NCBI GenBank assembly: GCA_008632985.1
Contig: QPGO01000017.1
Span: forward strand, 248,001 to 312,000
Direction of reading: 5' to 3'
DNA from: Psammoneis japonica
Lineage: Eukaryota
Length of the DNA: 64,000 bases
In this document: one piece after another, positions 58,801-64,000 of the stretch
Layout of the letters: every line of letters starts with the position of its first letter
Numbering within the stretch: position 1 is the first letter of the stretch
Made by a program: the position numbers and the translations under genes
The notes under the pieces: model-generated
The model's database searches: none
What the model saw: the letters and a program-made list of their open reading frames with translations, nothing else
What the model was told of the DNA's origin: nothing

Positions 58801-61800
58801 TGAACATTCTTGCACATGATGGTGATCCATGCCCCATTTGACATTTGCGGTTTCTTGTTCATTGAACACATTTGTTGCTGCTTGCAATCCACCCCTCCTT
58901 GTCTGCCAAGTTGTCCTACATTTCATCTCTTTGCCATGTTGTTTTCAAATCCAAATTTGCAACTGCCACATGTTCTTGTTTTTAAATTGCTTTACAGAAT
59001 GTTTGTTTTTTCCATTTTTTGGTTTTTGTTGTTTGCTGCAATTTGCGTTTGCATGCCAGTTTGGTTGGTTGCCATGGTGGCAATTGCTTCCGCTCCATTG
59101 CTGGCAGCCACCGCCTGCAATGGCAGGTCCTCACCCATCGGCACTGCCCATCCTTCCTCTCTCTCTCTCTCCTTTCTCTTTTCCTTTCTCTTGCATTTCT
59201 TGTTTTCCTCCCCAGACAAGTTTGTCTTCTCTTGCCTTCTCTCCTTGAACCATGCACCAAATCCTTGGTTGTTCTCTCTGTCTTTCACCACCCACTGACA
59301 TGGATCATTGCACTTCTTGATCCCATCCTTGCTCCATCCTTGGCTCCTCTTTGCCAATTCCCCTGCTGCCTGTGCCGTGTGCTTTGCAGGAGCAGCATCT
59401 TGCACTGTCAGCTTCCTTCTCCTTGCAACGTTGTCTTCCTTTTCCAACTTCTCTGCAGTGTCCATCACCTTGTTGCAGCAGCTCAAGTGCGCTGGCAGAG
59501 CAAGCACCTCTGACAAAACGGAAAGCCATGGTTGAAGCAAATTGGCTGTGCTTCTGCCAAACTGCGCTTGTCCCACCATCATCAGCACCACAGTTTCCAA
59601 GAACCACATGCACGTGTCCTCATCAGCTCTTCCCTTCATCAAATCTTTGCACTCCACAAGCGACCCCTCCAAAGCAGCAACTGCACAGACAAAATCAAAG
59701 GAAGTGACACTCATCCATTGGACAATTGCCTCCAACACAATCAAACGCATGCACACAGTTGCTCACCTGTCATTCTCCTCCCAATGTTGTCCTGCACATT
59801 GATTGTTCCTCTTGCGGTTGAGTTTGGTTTTGAACACCTCTTTGCATTCTTCCCAGAAAGCCTCCGGTGAAGATGCCATGCTCCTTGGCTCCTGCAGAAC
59901 CATTTTCATGTGATCTCCTCCTGCGGCGGGTTCTCCATCAAAGATCATGAACTTGCCTTTGTCAGCATTGATCCTGTCAATTTCTTGCCCACTGCTGGTG
60001 CATGATCCAACACATGACATCCCTCTGTGGGAGTTGCCACTGAACTCGAATCCCCACCTGTGAATGGAGCTGGTTTAATTCCCCATGTTTGTTTCTTTGT
60101 GCATTGAACAAGGCCGCCACTGCAGGACTCATGGCAACTGTGTGTGACACCACACAGGCAAATCACAGGTCATCAGTTTGTCATCAACTCTTTGTCATGC
60201 TCTTCTCAACCTGACTCGCCACTTGAAGTTTCACTTCCTCCCTCTGTCATGCCTCCTGTGACAACTGTCTCCTCCATCTTTTTGTCCTTCCCAACAGCTG
60301 CCTCTCACATTGAACTGCCCTCCTTGCCCTGTTGGTTTATGAACAGGAAAGTTGTGAAATGAATGCACTTTGCATGTGATTTTCTCTGTTTTGTCATTGC
60401 TTGCATGTCCTCCCTTGATTCAAACAGGTGTTTGCATCATTTTTGAGTGCTTGTTTCCAACCCATGTTTGAATTTCTGTCAACCTTCCACCATTTTGAAT
60501 TGTGCTCCATTGCGAGCCAATCCAATGCCTCAATGAAGATTGCCACATTGTTTGAATTTCAAATCAATGTCAAAAAATGCATCTTGTGTGCTTGTCTTGA
60601 TGCATGGATTGTGTGTCTTTCCTGATGCAACAGCAGTTTCATTTGGTTTAAAAAATTGTGTCAAACCCTCTGTCATTTTACACAAATCCATGTCTCTCGT
60701 TGCCTCTTTTGTGTTCAATCATGTCTCAATTGATCATTCCCTCAACTTTCCCGACACCATCTCTCTCCAACTGCTCTCTCCATTGCCCAAACTGATCCAA
60801 CTCACTTCACAACAACGTGTGTGCACATGCATGAGGGAGTGCACCCGTCCACAATTTCGCACATTCTTTGTCAGTTCTCCAATGGTGCCAGTGCATCACA
60901 TTGTTGCTAAGACACAGTTGTTGTGAATCACTCCCATGGCAGGAACGTGTGTTCCCTGTGTTGCAGTGACATGCTGCCAATCGATCATCAAATGGGTCAT
61001 TTTGCTGGTGGCAGTGTGGAGTCACATGGTGGTGCAACAAGCTTTGCTGCAGCAATGGGGGCATTTGGGTTTGTCGGTGTTGGACCCAAGGGATGCAACA
61101 GAGGCAGAATCCAGAGGATGAGAGGAAAGAGATGTCCCGCCGGACAGGGAAGATGATTGGGTTTTGCAGCGCAACTGTGTCAATGGGGAAGGAAGAACAG
61201 ATGCAGCAGTGCAGCACCAAGATGGGTGACACTGCACATTGTTTTCAGAGTCAAATGCCTGCTGAGACTGCGCTTGGAAAGGAAACCAGTTCATTTGCAC
61301 CAAGGACAAACAAGACCATCAGACAACATTGCCGATGCACAGAGATGAAGGAGTGTCAAGAAAAGAATCAAACAGAACAGCATGTGCAGCAACAATCACT
61401 TGGGATGTGGCGACACAGGGCAGAAGCAAAGGACAAGAAAAAAGGTGCAATGGGGGGGGGCATTGTGGACAGAAGGATGGAATGGGCAGGGAGAAAAATT
61501 TAGAAGGAAAGCAGAGTCCACCTTGACGGATGCACGCGGCAGTTTTGATGCAGAAAATTGATTGACAGACCATCCAGAAACCAGAAATTAACATGAAATT
61601 AAACAAACACATCAGGCTTGTTGCAAGGGGGGCAAATTGTTGACTCGGGGAATGGAGATGTTTGTTGTTGAACATTTCACAAATGCAGACTTGACAAATC
61701 AGCATGATCTTGGATTAAATGGAGAACATGTTGGGCTTTGTTTCAAAAAATCTTGATGGCTGGTGCAACACCTGGATTGTTGGTGTCCCAGATGTGTTGC

Positions 61801-64000
61801 CACTGCAAACTGCACTTGACTCATTGAACCTGCAAAGGACAAAATTGCTCCAACCCAACAGGGCTCACCAACTTTCAAAAGGCATTTGAAATTGTGCAGA
61901 AATGCACTCAACACAAGAGGAAGGTCTGGTTGATTTGCTGGAAAGCATGGCTTTTGTTTCATTTGCACAACTTTGCTGCCAAGTGTTGACAAGATTGCCA
62001 ATCCACAGAGAAGACAGCAATTGCCCAGTGTTCTCAGCACTCTTCCTCAAGCAAGATGACACCAAGATTCTGCAAGCAAGACACACTTCCAACTCAGATT
62101 GTTGAAACATGAAATCAAGTCACTCTGACAGGTGCTTGCACTTGTCTCTTGGTGCCAGAGAAGCTGGGGAGCTCTGACTTTCAACTGGGCTGCATTCTGT
62201 GTGTCCTTCAACTGCCAACTGAAGCAGCTTTTGCTGACAGGTGCAATCAAAGGAAAGGTGGTGTGTGCACAATGAATGGATCCTTCAAAGATTCTTGAGC
62301 AACAGCAGCAACTCCCTTCCCTTGGCCACCACACTCACAGATGCAAAAGGGGGAGGACCCAAACTCCAAGACAAAAGGTCAACCCAGCACCAGCACTGCA
62401 CTGGGGAGAACTTGATGGCATTTTTGGTGCATTGCATCATCCAACCTTTCTGTGCCAATGTTGCCAGATCCAGAAAAGAAAACAGCAAACCTGGGATGCA
62501 ATTGTTGTGTGACCCTCCAGGCATCATGATTTCAACAACCCCGCACAAAGAAGCCACACCCTCATCTTGCCAATTCAAACGTTGAACCGGCAAGTCAATG
62601 TTGCCAAAAAGAAATCCTGTCAAGCTTCCTGTGTTGCTTGAAACACTTGCCTTGGTGGTCTGTGTGATGGCTGTGGGTTGTGGAAGGCATCAATGTAAAC
62701 TGGTGAAGACTTGTGCGACAACATGCACATGCCAACGCCAAACAACAAATCATGCAATCCAAATGATTCACTCCAAAAAGTGAGATGAAATGACAAAGGC
62801 AAGAAATTGGTTGATGGCAAAACTGGTCTTGCAATGAGTTGCCCAGCAGTGAGCCACGTCAAAAGTCAAGTGTCTTTTCTCCAACTTGCTGGGGGGGGGG
62901 CTTGTGATCTCTGTTTTCTGGGTCTTCTGTGCTGCAGCTCCAACATCAATTGGTGTCATCTGAGCCACTCACCAGCTCATGTTGTCCCTTGAAAGTTCAA
63001 AGGACACAGAGGCAAAAAGAGGCTCTGTTGCATGAGGAACCCTTGGAAGTGCAGCAACAACTCAATGTCAAGATGGATTTTCTGGCAAAGGCATGCCAGA
63101 AATCACCAAATGTGGTGCTGAATGTGGGGCTTTGAATGCTCTGAACAAGAAAAGCACAGCACATTGGCCTTCAAGGTGCAGCTCTGAAGCATCTTAGGGC
63201 CAGTGTGCTGAAAATTCTGTGTGTGGCTGCAGGGTGCTGCTGCACCAACACAGGCAAATTTTCAAACAAGTTGAGCATGAGGGAAAGGTGCAACTGCACT
63301 GCAAACTTGGTCATTCATTGGGATGTTGAAGACAAATGCATTCATTGCCCAGTGCATGAGTTGCAGAGCTTGCACATGGAGCTCTGCAGGCCCATGTCAC
63401 ACAAAATCCCACCACCTGGCTGGGGGCTGGAGTGTGTGCGCAACACTGCAGACATGTTTGGAGAGATGAGGTGCACAGGACTCAGATGGCTGCCAGCCAC
63501 CAGATCTCATTCAGCAATTGCAGAACATTGCAAGAGACACACAGAGATGTTGAACATGTGTTGCTGACTCACCCACCACTCAGAACCTGTGCTTGCAGAG
63601 CAGCACTGTTGGACAATGCAGGAGGAGGTTTTGATTGAAGAGGAAGAAGGGGAGAGTGTGCATGCTCATCAGCACAAGAACCAGCATGCCGCCCATCTTC
63701 ACCATCTCATGAGACAGCATTCCAGATCCTTGGAGCTGGTCCAAGCCACAGATGTTGACTTCAACTGACAATGGCTCAAACAAGCCACATTTGCAGATGA
63801 GCACAAAGGCTGCACTTGGCCAAAATGCGGGTTGGCTGGCAAGCCAACTGTGTGACTGCATGTTGCCAATCTGCCCCAAACAACCAATCGCTCACAGCAT
63901 TGTGGTTGTGCATTTGCTTTGACACTCTGCACCCATCCATGATTGTCAGGACTGTCAGGCAAGACGAGCCAAGAGGGATTGAAGAATTGAACATTGAGAA
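55900..64000 (-). mobile_element. Degenerate transposon-derived DNA (possibly CACTA/Plavaka-like DNA transposon remnants)
   Basis: Protein-like remnants such as WFLETVVLMMVG...KHT...GWSKDGIKKCN...V.KDR (59.3-59.75 kb) and further fragments at 61.7-62.8 kb; same TpA/CpG-depleted composition as the proven TEs. Family assignment is tentative. Confidence 0.35.

Noticed and set aside
1..64000. Classical fungal RIP or an alternative genetic code as the explanation
   Set aside because: RIP enriches TpA, the opposite of what is seen; the intact genes use the standard code with normal Tyr and TAA/TAG/TGA stops.

Overview
Eukaryotic nuclear DNA, most likely a pennate diatom (short GT-AG introns, ASAF-type bipartite plastid-targeting peptides, nuclear psbW and plastid sigma factor). 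A compact island of 11 intact genes (24.6-42.9 kb) encodes TFIIH p62, a DnaJ protein, an RBBP9-like hydrolase, eIF4A-III, a plastid trigger-factor-like protein, an ODC homologue, PsbW, NBS1, sigma-70, an SDR and VTC1. It sits between two blocks of degenerate transposon DNA (1-24.3 kb and 43.25-64 kb). The left block resolves into a LINE carrying two 447-bp TRIMs and a 1.4-kb tandem duplication, plus a Copia element containing a TIR element and a young Gypsy element with near-identical LTRs. The main signal is that both repeat blocks are almost free of TpA (and largely of CpG), with a TpG/CpA excess and sharp borders. Paired LTR comparisons and systematic Tyr->Cys/His changes in TE proteins and in a captured GST pseudogene indicate directional TpA->TpG/CpA hypermutation, the mirror image of fungal RIP, apparently acting before CpG decay. 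Most ORFs listed for the flanks are artefacts of the missing TAA/TAG codons. All alignments and counts were done by eye.
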